A stretch of DNA of 64,000 nt from Pecten maximus (Eukaryota), in contig NC_047022.1 of NCBI RefSeq assembly GCF_902652985.1, forward strand, positions 12,772,001 through 12,836,000, written 5' to 3'. A program made the position numbers and the translations under genes. This document shows, one piece after another, positions 27,810-40,317 of this stretch. The stretch's first letter is position 1. Each line of letters begins with the position of its first letter. The notes below the pieces were generated by a model. That model saw only the letters and a list, made by a program, of their open reading frames with translations. It searched no databases and was not told where the DNA came from.

Positions 27810-27968
27810 GTGACCCGGAGAGGTATCCCTGGATGTTTTCGATAATATGCAGCCTCCCTAAAAGCACACGGAATCACCCTTCGCATGCATCTCGTACCCA
27901 GACGAAACCGTCCTTAGGTGGCCATAGCTGTTGATAGGACGTTAAACGATTAGATACCAAACGAAACT
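27810..27968 (+). mobile_element. Diverged SINE 3' fragment
   Basis: GTCCTTAGGTGGCCATAGCTGTTGATAGGACGTTAAAC resembles the tail GTCCTTAAATGACCCTGGCTGTTAATAGGACGTTAAAC of the intact SINEs; the 5' boundary is uncertain. Confidence 0.5.
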
Positions 27969-29949
27969 CTCTACAGTATTATATTCCCGTAAGGATTATT
28001 TCATTTAGTGAGTTTGTTAGCATTTTATTTCTAAAATGGATGCTTATCATTTTATTAACCAAAGATAATTTAACGTTCCTAGTTTTGATCATGGTTTGAT
28101 CAATATTTTGTCACTAATGCGGTGTCATCCCGCAGTATTTTTACATAAATTATATGAATACATGATGTACTATGTATGAATTTATTGTATATGGATACCC
28201 CCATTGTCAGATTTTGCTTCCCAATATGATATTAAAACTGTTTCAACAATTACGAAAATAAAAGAAGAATCTATTACGTGTTAACACTTGTTTCATTTTA
28301 GGGATAGCTCTTATGTAAAATGTATGAACTGTGAAGTGTTCGTTTGTTGAAAAATTAATCGTATTCCATAAAGTTATATGAATATATTGTGAGAAAAATC
28401 CGCCTGCTGCACCGCATAGATAATGACGGCATTCTAGTATTAAGACATGAATAGACGAAGAAGATTACTTTCCCACATACTTATGTATGGTATACGTGAT
28501 TGGTATATAAATGCATATCATAAGTGTTTTGTAAATCTAATTTATTCAGAACCATAACATGATTTGAGTAAAATAGGAAGGACGTTAATTTTCTCGGGTT
28601 GATTTTTGACTAATAGTTATCGTTACCCGCAAAAATGTAATCCTTGAATTTTGACGTTAAAACGATATTTTTAACACTCGCTACACTATCCCACTACACA
28701 GTATTTTGGTAGGGTCTAAACTCGCTGATACTACATAAACAATAGGACATATAAGTGTTCATTTCTGTGTATAACAAATCACAATAAAACTCGGACTTCG
28801 CCACTTGACAGAGGAAGCAGGCCATCACGTGCTTGTGGTTGTTTGTTTCTGCAAATAGCTATATGGAAGACCTTGCAAAGCCATGTCGCCTGTACACATG
28901 TGAGCGAACTCCGTAATTGTACTTTAGTGTGAGGGTAACCCTTTATCCTTAGTTTTAGATTCTGGGTTATTTTGAAATAGCGTGAAATACACATGTATGT
29001 TGTAAATAAAGATTGTGTTAAATACATGGCTTGGTCTTCTGTCAAGCTCAAAAGGGTCAAAGTTCAATTATTCTATTATTAGAACTTGCAAGTGTACTAA
29101 AGTCGCAATAGTTAGCTTGAATCTGTTAAAACAAAGGAAATTTGAGGAAATGGGTCTCTATTTTAATGTGTAGTGTACAGTGGTGTAGTTTCATCAATGG
29201 GATCCTTGGTCGACATTTGTTTCTGGACAGACAAACAAGTCAATATAAGTTTATTTATTTAATTGTAAAACATAGTTTAGTAAAATACATAAATTTAGGT
29301 AGACATCAATGATAACGCGATTCACGGAACCAAACATGCTATCGAGAGACGCAGATACTTTAAATAAAGACAGTTGTCTAGATTTAATGACAACCATTAT
29401 GGTGTCGTTAGGAGTTGGTCACTTTTTTAAGTTTTAAGTTCATTATTGCACGTTGCCATTTCTTTGTCACTGCTCCGGTTCCCTCTTTTAGAACGTGACA
29501 TGAATTTAATTTTACCTAGACGAATCATATTACCAATGAAGAAGCGCTCATCATTAATGTCCATTTTACTAGGTTTACACTTTTAGCAGCAACATGGTTC
29601 GCTAATGACAAGATACCTCGACGACAATTGACAGACAATAGATATACCTTTACAGTAAGATATATTACGATCTGTAGCGCACACCTAATTTCGGATTCAG
29701 GATTGTACACCCTTTCGAGAATGTTGACAGTATGTTGTACACTACTTAGGCCCGGGAATTCCATCGGGAACTGAGACTGTTCTTACAGTAGTGGACACAC
29801 AATGTTGAGGTACATGTAATCGGAAATATCGGCAATTTCCGTAAACGAGAAAATTACGGAAATTGCCGACATTCCCCGATTGCCTATTGAAGTACATACA
29901 CTGAATATAAAATTGCATGGTATTTACAATAAACACAGCTCATCAATGA

Positions 29950-30129
29950 TCACGCCCAGGGAGGAGGCGCCATCTTCCAATACCAGGCGATAGAAATCGT
30001 TGAGAAACACAACGATACAAATAAAAGAGTCCTTGACCAACCGGACACTTGACCGTTTGTCAAATCTGTTGTAGGTGTTTCTTGTCTCTTATATATTCGT
30101 CTAGCTTTCACATCCGTTACTTCGAGGGT
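29950..30129 (-). CDS. FABP-family protein exon 4 (last beta strands plus C-terminal hydrophobic extension)
   Basis: Acceptor tccttacag|ACC; TLEVTDVKARRIYKR-QETPTTDLTNGQVSGWSR-TLLFVSLCFSTISIAWYW-KMAPPPWA*. Confidence 0.88.
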   Translation of the reverse strand, partial: TLEVTDVKARRIYKRQETPTTDLTNGQVSGWSRTLLFVSLCFSTISIAWYWKMAPPPWA

Positions 30130-30972
30130 CTGTAAGGATAAACAAATCAAATCATTAAATAGACTGATTATCACACGTTATATTGTACAATATCTATTGA
30201 ACTTTTGTAAATAATATCACTCGACATTTTTATTTATATATGTATATAATACTTGCTATGACGTAAAATAAGCAAACGAGAAGTATGCAGCTACAATTTA
30301 TAAATCATTGACTTCCAATTAATAGGTGTGCATGAAAAATCTTTCCTAACAAGGTAATTTACATTGGAAGCATGCGCAATTGATTAGGCTCGGTAAATCT
30401 TTGCTATCAAACAATAATAAATGGTTATAAGTATGTATAGTGTAAACAGAATCACTGGCCTTATCATGTATCACCATTTTCTTCCATCGTTATAGTTAAT
30501 TTTAGCTTTTGTTTTTGCGAACCATAGTTAAGAGTACCACCAATTCATGGGGAGGCTTGTTTATCATTGTTGATTATTGAGTAGAATAAGGTTTGGCGTG
30601 TTTTAGTTTGATTTGGTTTCAATTCTCATATGAAAAAAAATAGAATAATGGGAGCAATTTTTGAATCATGTATCAAAACGTGTAAATAATGGCCATGGGT
30701 AAAATTTATGTTGAGGAAAGACACGAAATGCTTATAGAGCAATTGTAGAGTTTTATCGCTTATGGTACTAATACATATACTTCAGGAATACTTCAGAAGG
30801 ACAAGAGTTAATATTTCATCATTTGTAACATTGAGCCAAAGAAGTGTTGGATCAAATGGACTTTAAATAAAATGCAACACTTTTCAGCAAACAGCTTCAC
30901 AAATATCAATAGATATTGATTTTAATGCATGACTACAAAACTCTGTTGAAATAACTGAACTAAGATACATAC

Positions 30973-31071
30973 CATTATCATCGTCTCCTCGTCAAATTCC
31001 CGGGTTATCTTGGCAAAGGGCGGGTCCAACTGACGCAGGACAAGCCGCCCGTTTTCCAGGATGACCGAAGT
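30973..31071 (-). CDS. FABP-family protein exon 3
   Basis: aacag|ACT...ATG|gtatgt, 99 nt; TSVILENGRLVLRQLDPPFAKITREFDEETMIM, including the TRE motif. Confidence 0.9.
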
Positions 31072-31411
31072 CTGTTAAACATTACAAATATTCCATACTA
31101 GTAAATATGTCTGTGTGTTATTTGTGTTAGATCAGGAGTGGAAAGATAGAATAATAATACCATCAATTTGAGCAGTGTTACATATTAAACAGATTACAAC
31201 ATATTGGTCCATTTCGTCAAGGAGCCTCCTGATTTTAGTGGTAATCTTATTTTAGCGGTTATTTGCGAATGTGCTAAAAGCTTGAATGCGTCACAGTCAG
31301 AACGTTTACAGTACATATTCCGTTAAGCAAAAAAAAAAAAAAAACTTTGAAGAAGAAACGTTAGCATTTTGTGTAACCTTCACCACCCAGATATGTATTA
31401 GATCATCTCAC

Positions 31412-31584
31412 CCGAATCATTCGTCCGTCGAAGGTTGGCCACGTGCAGTCTTGTCCCACGGTCAGTTGAACGTCTGTCTGTTTGACGAAGGAAGACGTTA
31501 ATATAGACCAGCGCCCTCTGGTGACGCAGATTTTCTGGCATGGATAAATTAACGCGCTCAGCCATCTCTTAAAGAAGGGTACAC
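31412..31584 (-). CDS. FABP-family protein exon 2
   Basis: aaag|GT...CGG|gtgaga, 173 nt (a typical FABP exon 2 length); (G)VPFFKRWLSALIYPCQKICVTRGRWSILTSSFVKQTDVQLTVGQDCTWPTFDGRMIR. Confidence 0.9.
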
Positions 31585-31877
31585 CTTTAAACAGAAAAAG
31601 AAAAAAATGTGTTATCTTATGATGTGTGAAGTAAAACTTTTGAAGATATTTGTTTTGTGTATCTCATTATTTAATAGAACTTTAAAATGTGAAGTAGTAC
31701 CTTCCTTAGTATTATGGAAATATTTCCACCTTTTCTCCCATTTCCAAAAAGAACGTAATATCAATTATTCAAATCGGCGGTATCAGGCAATCGATTTTTT
31801 AATACTACTATTAGTCGCTAAGTTAACTGATATCTCTTAATGGAATATGTGTGGTCTACATTCAAACTAAGAAATTC

Positions 31878-34800
31878 TTTATGTATGGTGTGTGGACATA
31901 TTACAGGTATTCACAGGACTAGATGTTTATGTATGGTGTATGGACATATTACAGTATTCACAGAACTAGATGTTTATGTATGGTGTGTGGACATATTACA
32001 GGTATCCACACGACTAGATGTTTATGTATGGTGTGTGGACATATTACAGGTATTCACAGGACTAGATGTTTATGTATGGTGTGTGGACATATTACAGGTA
32101 TTCACAGAACTAGATGTTTATGTATGGCGTGTGGACATATTACAGGTATGCCCAGGACTAGATGTTTATGTATGGTGTGTGGACATATTACAGGTATTTA
32201 CAGGACTAGATGTTTATGTATGGTGTGTGGACATATTACAGGTATTCACAGGACTAGATGTTTATGTATGGTGTGTGGACATATTACAGGTATTCACAGG
32301 ACTAGATGTTTATGTATGGTGTGTGGACATATTACAGGTATTCCTAGGACTAGATGTTTATGTATGATGTGTGGACATATTACAGGTATTGAGAGGACTA
32401 GATGTTTATGTATGGTGTGTGGACATATTACAGGTATTCACAGGACTAGATGTTCATGTATGGTGTATGGACATATTACAGGTATTCAGAGGACTAGATG
32501 TTTATGTATGGTGTGTGGACATATTACAGTATTCACAGAACTAGATTTTTATGTATGGTGTATGGACATATTACAGTATTCACAGAACTAGATGTTTATG
32601 TATGGTGTGTGGACATATTACAGGTATTCACACGACTAGATGTTTATGTATGGTGTGTGGACATATTACAGGTATTCAGAGGACTAGATGTTTATGTATG
32701 GTGTGTGGACATATTACAGGTATTCACAGGACTAGATGTTTATGTATGGTGTGTGGACATATTACAGGTATTCACAGAACTAGATGTTTATGTATGGTGT
32801 GTGGACATATTACAGGTATTCACAGAACTAGATGTTTATGTATGGTGTATGGACATATTACAGGTATTCAGAGGACTAGATGTGTATGTATGGTGTGTGG
32901 ACATATTACAGGTATTCCTAGGACTAGATTTTTATGTATGGTGTGTGGACATATTACAGGTATTCAGAGGACTAGATGTTCATGTATGGTGTGTGGACAT
33001 ATTACAGGTATTCACAGGACTAGATTTTTATGTATGGTGTGTGGACATATTACAGGTATTCAGAGGACTAGATGTTCATGTATGGTGTATGGACATATTA
33101 CAGGTATTCAGAGGACTAGATGTGTATGTATGGTGTGTGGACATATTACAGGTATTCCTAGGACTAGATTTTTATGTATGGTGTGTGGACATATTACAGG
33201 TATTCAGAGGACTAGATGTTCATGTATGGTGTGTGGACATATTACAGGTATTCACAGGACTAGATTTTTATGTATGGTGTGTGGACATATTACAGGTATT
33301 CAGAGGACTAGATGTTCATGTATGGTGTATGGACATATTACAGGTATTCAGAGGACTAGATGTTCATGTATGGTGTATGGACATATTACAGGTATTCACA
33401 GGACAGGATGTTTATGTATGATGTGTGGACATATTACAGGTATTCACACGACTAGATGTTTATGTATAGTGTGTGGACATATTACAGGTATTCAGAGGAC
33501 AGGATGTTTATGTATGATGTGTGGACATATTACAGGTATTCACACGACTAGATGTTTATGTATAGTGTGTGGACATATTACAGGTATTCAGAGGACTAGA
33601 TGTGTATGTATGGTGTGTGGACATATTACAGGTATTCCTAGGACTAGATTTTTATGTATGGTGTGTGGACATATTACAGGTATTCAGAGGACTAGATGTT
33701 CATGTATGGTGTGTGGACATATTACAGATATTCACACGACTAGATGTTCATGTATGGTGTGTGGACATATTACAGGTATTCACAGGACTAGATTTTTATG
33801 TATGGTGTGTGGACATATTACAGGTATTCAGAGGACTAGATGTTCATGTATGGTGTATGGACATATTACAGGTATTCAGAGGACTAGATGTTCATGTATG
33901 GTGTGTGGACATATTACAGGTATTCACAGGACAGGATGTTTATGTATGATGTGTGGACATATTACAGGTATTCACAGGACTAGATGTTTATGTATGGTGT
34001 GTGGACATATTACAGGTATTCACAGGACTAGATGTTTATGTATGGTGTGTGGACATATTACAGGTATTCCTAGGACTAGATGTTTATGTATGATGTGTGG
34101 ACATATTACAGGTATTCAGAGGACTAGATGTTTATGTATGGTGTATGGACATATTACAGGTATTCAGAGGACTAGATGTTCATGTATGGTGTATGGACAT
34201 ATTACAGGTATTCAGAGGACTAGATGTTTATGTATGGTGTGTGGACATATTACAGGTATTCAGAGGACTAGATGTTTATGTATGGTGTATGGACATATTA
34301 CAGGTATTCACAGGACAGGATGTTTATGTATGGTGTGTGGACATATTACAGGTATTCACAGGACTAGATGTTTATGTATGGTGTGTGGACATATTACAGG
34401 TATTCAGAGGACTAGATGTTTATGTATGGTGTGTGGACATATTACAGGTATTCACAGGACTAGATGTTTATGTATGGTGTGTGGACATATTACAGGTATT
34501 CCTAGGACTAGATGTTTATGTATGGTGTGTGGACATATTACAGGTATTCCCAGGACTAGATGTTTATGTATGGTGTGTGGACATATTACAGGTATTCACA
34601 GGACTAGATGTTTATGTATGATGTGTGGACATATTACAGGTATTCCTAGGACAAGATGTTTATGTATGATGTGTGGACATATTACAGGTATTCCTAGGAC
34701 AAGATGTTTATGTGTGGTGTGTGGACATAATACAAGTATTCACAGGACTAGATGTTTATGTATGGTGTATGGACATATTACAGGTATTCACAGGACTAGA

Positions 34801-37800
34801 TGTTTATGTATGGTGTGTGGACATATTACAGGTATTCCTAGGACAAGATGTTTATGTATGGCGTGTGGACATATTACAGGTATTCACAGGACTAGATGTT
34901 TATGTATGGTGTGTGGACATATTACAGGTATTCACAGGACTAGATGTTTATGTATGATGTGTGGACATATTACAGGTATTCCTAGGACAAGATGTTTATG
35001 TGTGGTGTGTGGACATATTACAGGTATTCAGAGGACTAGATGTTCATGTATGGTGTGTGGACATAATACAGGTATTCAGAGGACTAGATGTTTATGTATG
35101 GTGTGTGGACATATTACAGGTATTCAGAAGACTAGATGCTCATGTATGGTGTGTGGACATATTACAGGTATTCACAGGACAAGATGTTTATGTATGGCGT
35201 GTGGACATATTACAGGTATTCACAGGACTAGATGTTTATGTATGGTGTGTGGACATATTACAGGTATTCACAGGACTAGATGCTCATGTATGGTGTGTGG
35301 ACATATTACAGGTATTCAGAAGACTAGATGCTCATGTATGGTGTGTGGACATATTACAGGTATTCACAGGACTAGATGTTTATGTATGGTGTGTGGACAT
35401 ATTACAGGTATTCCTAGGACAAGATGTTTATGTATGGCGTGTGGACATATTACAGGTATTCACAGGACTAGATGTTTATGTATGATGTGTGGACATATTA
35501 CAGGCATTCACAGGACTAGATGCTCATGTATGGTGTATGGACATATTACAGGTATTCACAGGACAAGATGTTTATGTATGGTGTGTGGACATATTACAGG
35601 CATTCACAGGACTAGATGTTTATGTATGGTGTGTGGACATAATTAAGGTATTCACAGAACTAGATGTTTATGTATGGTGTGTGGACATATTACAGGTATT
35701 CCTAGGACAAGATGTTTATGTGTGGTGTGTGGACATAATACAGGTATTCCTAGGACAAGATGTTTATGTATGGTGTGTGGACATATTACAGGTATTCACA
35801 GGACTAGATGTTTATGTATGATGTGTGGACATATTACAGGTATTCCTAGGACAAGATGTTTATGTGTGGTGTGTGGACATAATACAGGTATTCCTAGGAC
35901 AAGATGTTTATGTATGGTGTGTGGACATATTACAGGTATTCACAGGACTAGATGTTTATGTATGATGTGTGGACATATTACAGGTATTCCTAGGACAAGA
36001 TGTTTATGTGTGGTGTGTGGACATAATACAAGTATTCCTAGGACAAGATGTTTATGTATGGTGTGTGGACATATTACAGGTATTCACAGGACTAGATGTT
36101 TATGTATGGTGTGTGGACATAATTAAGGTATTCACAGAACTAGATGTTTATGTATGGTGTGTGGACATATTACAGGTATTCCTAGGACAAGATGTTTATG
36201 TATGGTGTGTGGACATAATACAGGTATTCACAGGACTAGATGTTTATGTATGATGTGTGGACATATTACAGGTATTCAGAGGACTAGATGTTTATGTATG
36301 GTGTGTGGACATATTACAGGTATTCAGAGGACTAGATGTTTATGTATGGTGTGTGGACATATTACAGGTATTCACAGGACTAGATGTTTATGTATGGTGT
36401 GTGGACATATTACAGGTATTCCTAGGACAAGATGTTTATGTATGGCGTGTGGACATATTACAGGTATGCCCAGGACTAGATGTTTATGTATGGTGTGTGG
36501 ACATATTACAGGTATTTACAGGACTAGATGTTTATGTATGGTGTGTGGACATATTACAGGTATTCACAGGACTAGATGTTTATGTATGATGTGTGGACAT
36601 ATTACAGGTATTCCTAGGACAAGATGTTTATGTATGATGTGTGGACATATTACAGGTATTCCTAGGACAAGATGTTTATGTGTGGTGTGTGGACATAATA
36701 CAGGTATTCAGAGGACTAGATGTTGATGTATGGTGTGTGGACATATTACAGGTATTCAGAAGACTAGATGCTCATGTATGGTGTGTGGACATATTACAGG
36801 TATTCACAGGACTAGATGTTTATGTATGGTGTGTGGACATATTACAGGTATTCCTAGGACAAGATGTTTATGTATGGCGTGTGGACATATTACAGGTATT
36901 CACAGGACTAGATGTTTATGTATGATGTGTGGACATATTACAGGCATTCACAGGACTAGATGCTCATGTATGGTGTATGGACATATTACAGGTATTCACA
37001 GGACAAGATGTTTATGTATGGTGTGTGGACATATTACAGGCATTCACAGGACTAGATGTTTATGTATGGTGTGTGGACATAATTAAGGTATTCACAGAAC
37101 TAGATGTTTATGTATGGTGTGTGGACATATTACAGGTATTCCTAGGACAAGATGTTTATGTGTGGTGTGTGGACATAATACAGGTATTCCTAGGACAAGA
37201 TGTTTATGTATGGTGTGTGGACATATTACAGGTATTCACAGGACTAGATGTTTATGTATGATGTGTGGACATATTACAGGTATTCCTAGGACAAGATGTT
37301 TATGTATGATGTGTGGACATATTACAGGTATTCCTAGGACAAGATGTTTATGTGTGGTGTGTGGACATAATACAAGTATTCACAGGACTAGATGTTTATG
37401 TATGGTGTATGGACATAATACAGGTATTCACAGGACTAGATGTTTATGTATGGTGTGTGGACATATTACAGGTATTCCTAGGACAAGATGTTTATGTATG
37501 GCGTGTGGACATATTACAGGTATTCACAGGACTAGATATTTATGTATGGTGTGTGGACATATTACAGGTATTCACAGGACTAGATTTTTATGTATGATGT
37601 GTGGACATATTACAGGTATTCCTAGGACAGGATGTTTATGTGTGGTGTGTGGACATATTACAGGTATTCAGAGGACTAGATGTTCATGTATGGTGTGTGG
37701 ACATAATACAGGTATTCAGAGGACTAGATGTTGATGTATGGTGTGTGGACATATTACAGGTATTCAGAAGACTAGATGCTCATGTATGGTGTGTGGACAT

Positions 37801-38812
37801 ATTACAGGTATTCACAGGACTAGATGTTTATGTATGGTGTGTGGACATATTACAGGTATTCCTAGGACAAGATGTTTATGTATGGCGTGTGGACATATTA
37901 CAGGTATTCACAGGACTAGATGTTTATGTATGATGTGTGGACATATTACAGGCATTCACAGGACTAGATGCTCATGTATGGTGTATGGACATATTACAGG
38001 TATTCACAGGACAAGATGTTTATGTATGGTGTGTGGACATATTACAGGTATTCACAGGACTAGATGTTTATGTATGATGTGTGGACATATTACAGGTATT
38101 CCTAGGACAAGATGTTGATGTATGGTGTGTGGACATAATACAGGTATTCCTAGGACAAGATGTTTATGTATGGTGTGTGGACATATTACAGGTATTCACA
38201 GGACTAGATGTTTATGTATGATGTGTGGACATATTACAGGTATTCCTAGGACAAGATGTTTATGTGTGGTGTGTGGACATAATACAAGTATTCCTAGGAC
38301 AAGATGTTTATGTATGGTGTGTGGACATATTACAGGTATTCACAGGACTAGATGTTTATGTATGGTGTGTGGACATAATTAAGGTATTCACAGAACTAGA
38401 TGTTTATGTATGGTGTGTGGACATATTACAGGTATTCCTAGGACTAGATGTTTATGTATGATGTGTGGACATATTACAGGTATTCCTAGGACAAGATGTT
38501 TATGAATGGTGTGTGGACATATTACAGGTATTCACAGGACTAGATGTTTATGTATGGTGTGTGGACATAATTAAGGTATTCACAGAACTAGATGTTTATG
38601 TATGGTGTGTGGACATATTACAGGTATTCACAGGACTAGATGTTTATGTATGATGTGTGGACATATTACAGGTATTCCTAGGACAAGATGTTTATGTGTG
38701 GTGTGTGGACATAATACAGGTATTCACAGGACTAGATGTTTATGTATGATGTGTGGACATATTACAGGTATTCACAGGACTAGATGTTTATGTATGGTGT
38801 ATCGACATATTA
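31878..38812. repeat. 48-bp tandem array (TATGGTGTGTGGACATATTACAGGTATTCACAGGACTAGATGTTTATG), ~6.9 kb, inside FABP intron 1
   Basis: About 144 units with recurring variant blocks. Confidence 0.98.
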
Positions 38813-39397
38813 ATGGTGTACCATTGGTCGTAAGTTGTTTTAGCTTGACGTTGAATCTGAGACCCCTTCTTTCCAAACTATCGGCCAAATTCGAGGCATC
38901 ATTCATTTGCTGAAGTAGGGAATGTTCATGTTTAACATACTATATGCAGCTTAAGATGCTACACTGCCGTCGGTGCATACATTTCTTGTCACAATAATAC
39001 ATAAATGGCATCCATGTGTTATCAATATCAACAAATCAGAAAATTGAGTCCTAGCCCTAATGGCTAACAAAAAGCTACATGCAAAATCTAGATGATGAAC
39101 GCGATAGAAGGCAAGTAAGTTTTCACTCAAAAAAGATTTAAAAGATAAAAATAATCAAAAACATTTGAAGTATGGTTAAAGCGTTAACTACGTAGTTTTG
39201 TTGTATTCTCTAAAATGTGTAACGGCCTAATCTCGTTTTAAATCTATCATATTATATGTATCTGTCGGAGATGAAGCCACTTCCAATGATTCATAATTCG
39301 ACCTGAATTTTATTTTAACGTTTATTATAATGTATCCCGAATGATCTAAATGTATGTTAAAACCTATTTATAACAGGACTGGTGTCGATATACTTAC

Positions 39398-39479
39398 CTA
39401 AACATTTGCAATACTGTTCGAAATTTTCCGACCGGACAAGTTTCCATGTTCCGCCTGCAATGTGTCCCGTTTCCTCCAT
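39398..39479 (-). CDS. FABP-family protein exon 1
   Basis: MEETGHIAGGTWKLVRSENFEQYCKCL(G)|gtaagt, with the GxWxLxxSENF signature; in-frame TGA two codons upstream of the ATG; joined CDS 534 nt = 177 aa. Confidence 0.92.
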
Positions 39480-39894
39480 GAATCAGTAGTTATGTCCTGA
39501 CTCAGCGATGGAGAGTAGCTTGTTCAAGTTTCCTCGCCGATGTCCTGGTATTTAATAGGCCAAATCAGAGGGGTAATAAGTTTCGGTATCCGGTTTGGGA
39601 GAGGATATCGATACTACTGTGCGGTTATACAGCAGTGAGTGTAATATGATGGTTGTACTACTTTCATGTATGAAAGGTCGTTAATGTCCTAAAAATGGTT
39701 CTTTCAAGGTAACTGCAAACGTCAAATAAACTACTTCTTTATGTAGGCTTGGTATATATGGCAATACCCTTGTCTCACTCTACTGGGTCTATTCTACTGA
39801 GGAAATCCTCGGTTTAGTTTTAATGGCTTGTGTTCGTTATGCAAGCTATATATATTCATATACTAACAGTAGGTAACTGGTAACTTGAAACTTG

Positions 39895-40317
39895 TGTAAC
39901 AGAGCACATGATTAATTAAATTTAAATCACTGCCTCCGCTAGGGATCGAACCCGGGACCTCTGGCTTACTAGCCTTACGCTCAACCGATCGAGCTAAAGA
40001 GAAGATCTCCCTAGCCGAGCGGTATATTGCGGCTAGTATTTACCAAGGTTACATACTCCCCCTCCAGGAAATAACTCGTCCTCGAGTTTCCAGGAGTAAC
40101 AGCGATGCTTGTGGAGCAATCCTGAGTATTTTCCCCGGGTCCCTACATGGGCGCCATTGTAACAGAGCGCAGGATTAATTAAATTTTAAATCACTGCCTC
40201 CGCTAGGGATCGAACCCGGGACCTCTGGCTTACTAGTCTTACGCTCAACCGATCGAGCTAAAGACAAGATCTCCCTAGCCGTGAGGTATATTGCGGCTAG
40301 TATTTACCAAGGTTACA
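39895..40317 (-). mobile_element. Complete TRIM (miniature LTR retrotransposon) with tRNA-derived LTRs, Helenus-like
   Basis: Two ~160-bp direct repeats (39895-40053, 40158-40317), each TGTAAC...GTTACA; 4-bp TSD CTTG; on the minus strand a PBS TGGCGCCCATGTAGGGAC follows the 5' LTR and a PPT GGAGGGGGAGTA precedes the 3' LTR; each LTR has tRNA A and B boxes. Confidence 0.92.

Noticed and set aside
31840-38913. 1031-aa Cys-rich ORF (CMVCGH repeats) resembling a zinc-ribbon or metallothionein-like protein
   Set aside because: Translation of a 48-bp satellite; scattered stops and frameshifts, no unique domain, and it lies antisense within FABP intron 1.
39930-40265. Two tRNA-Thr(AGT) genes
   Set aside because: Stems pair poorly and both copies lie within the LTRs of a TRIM.
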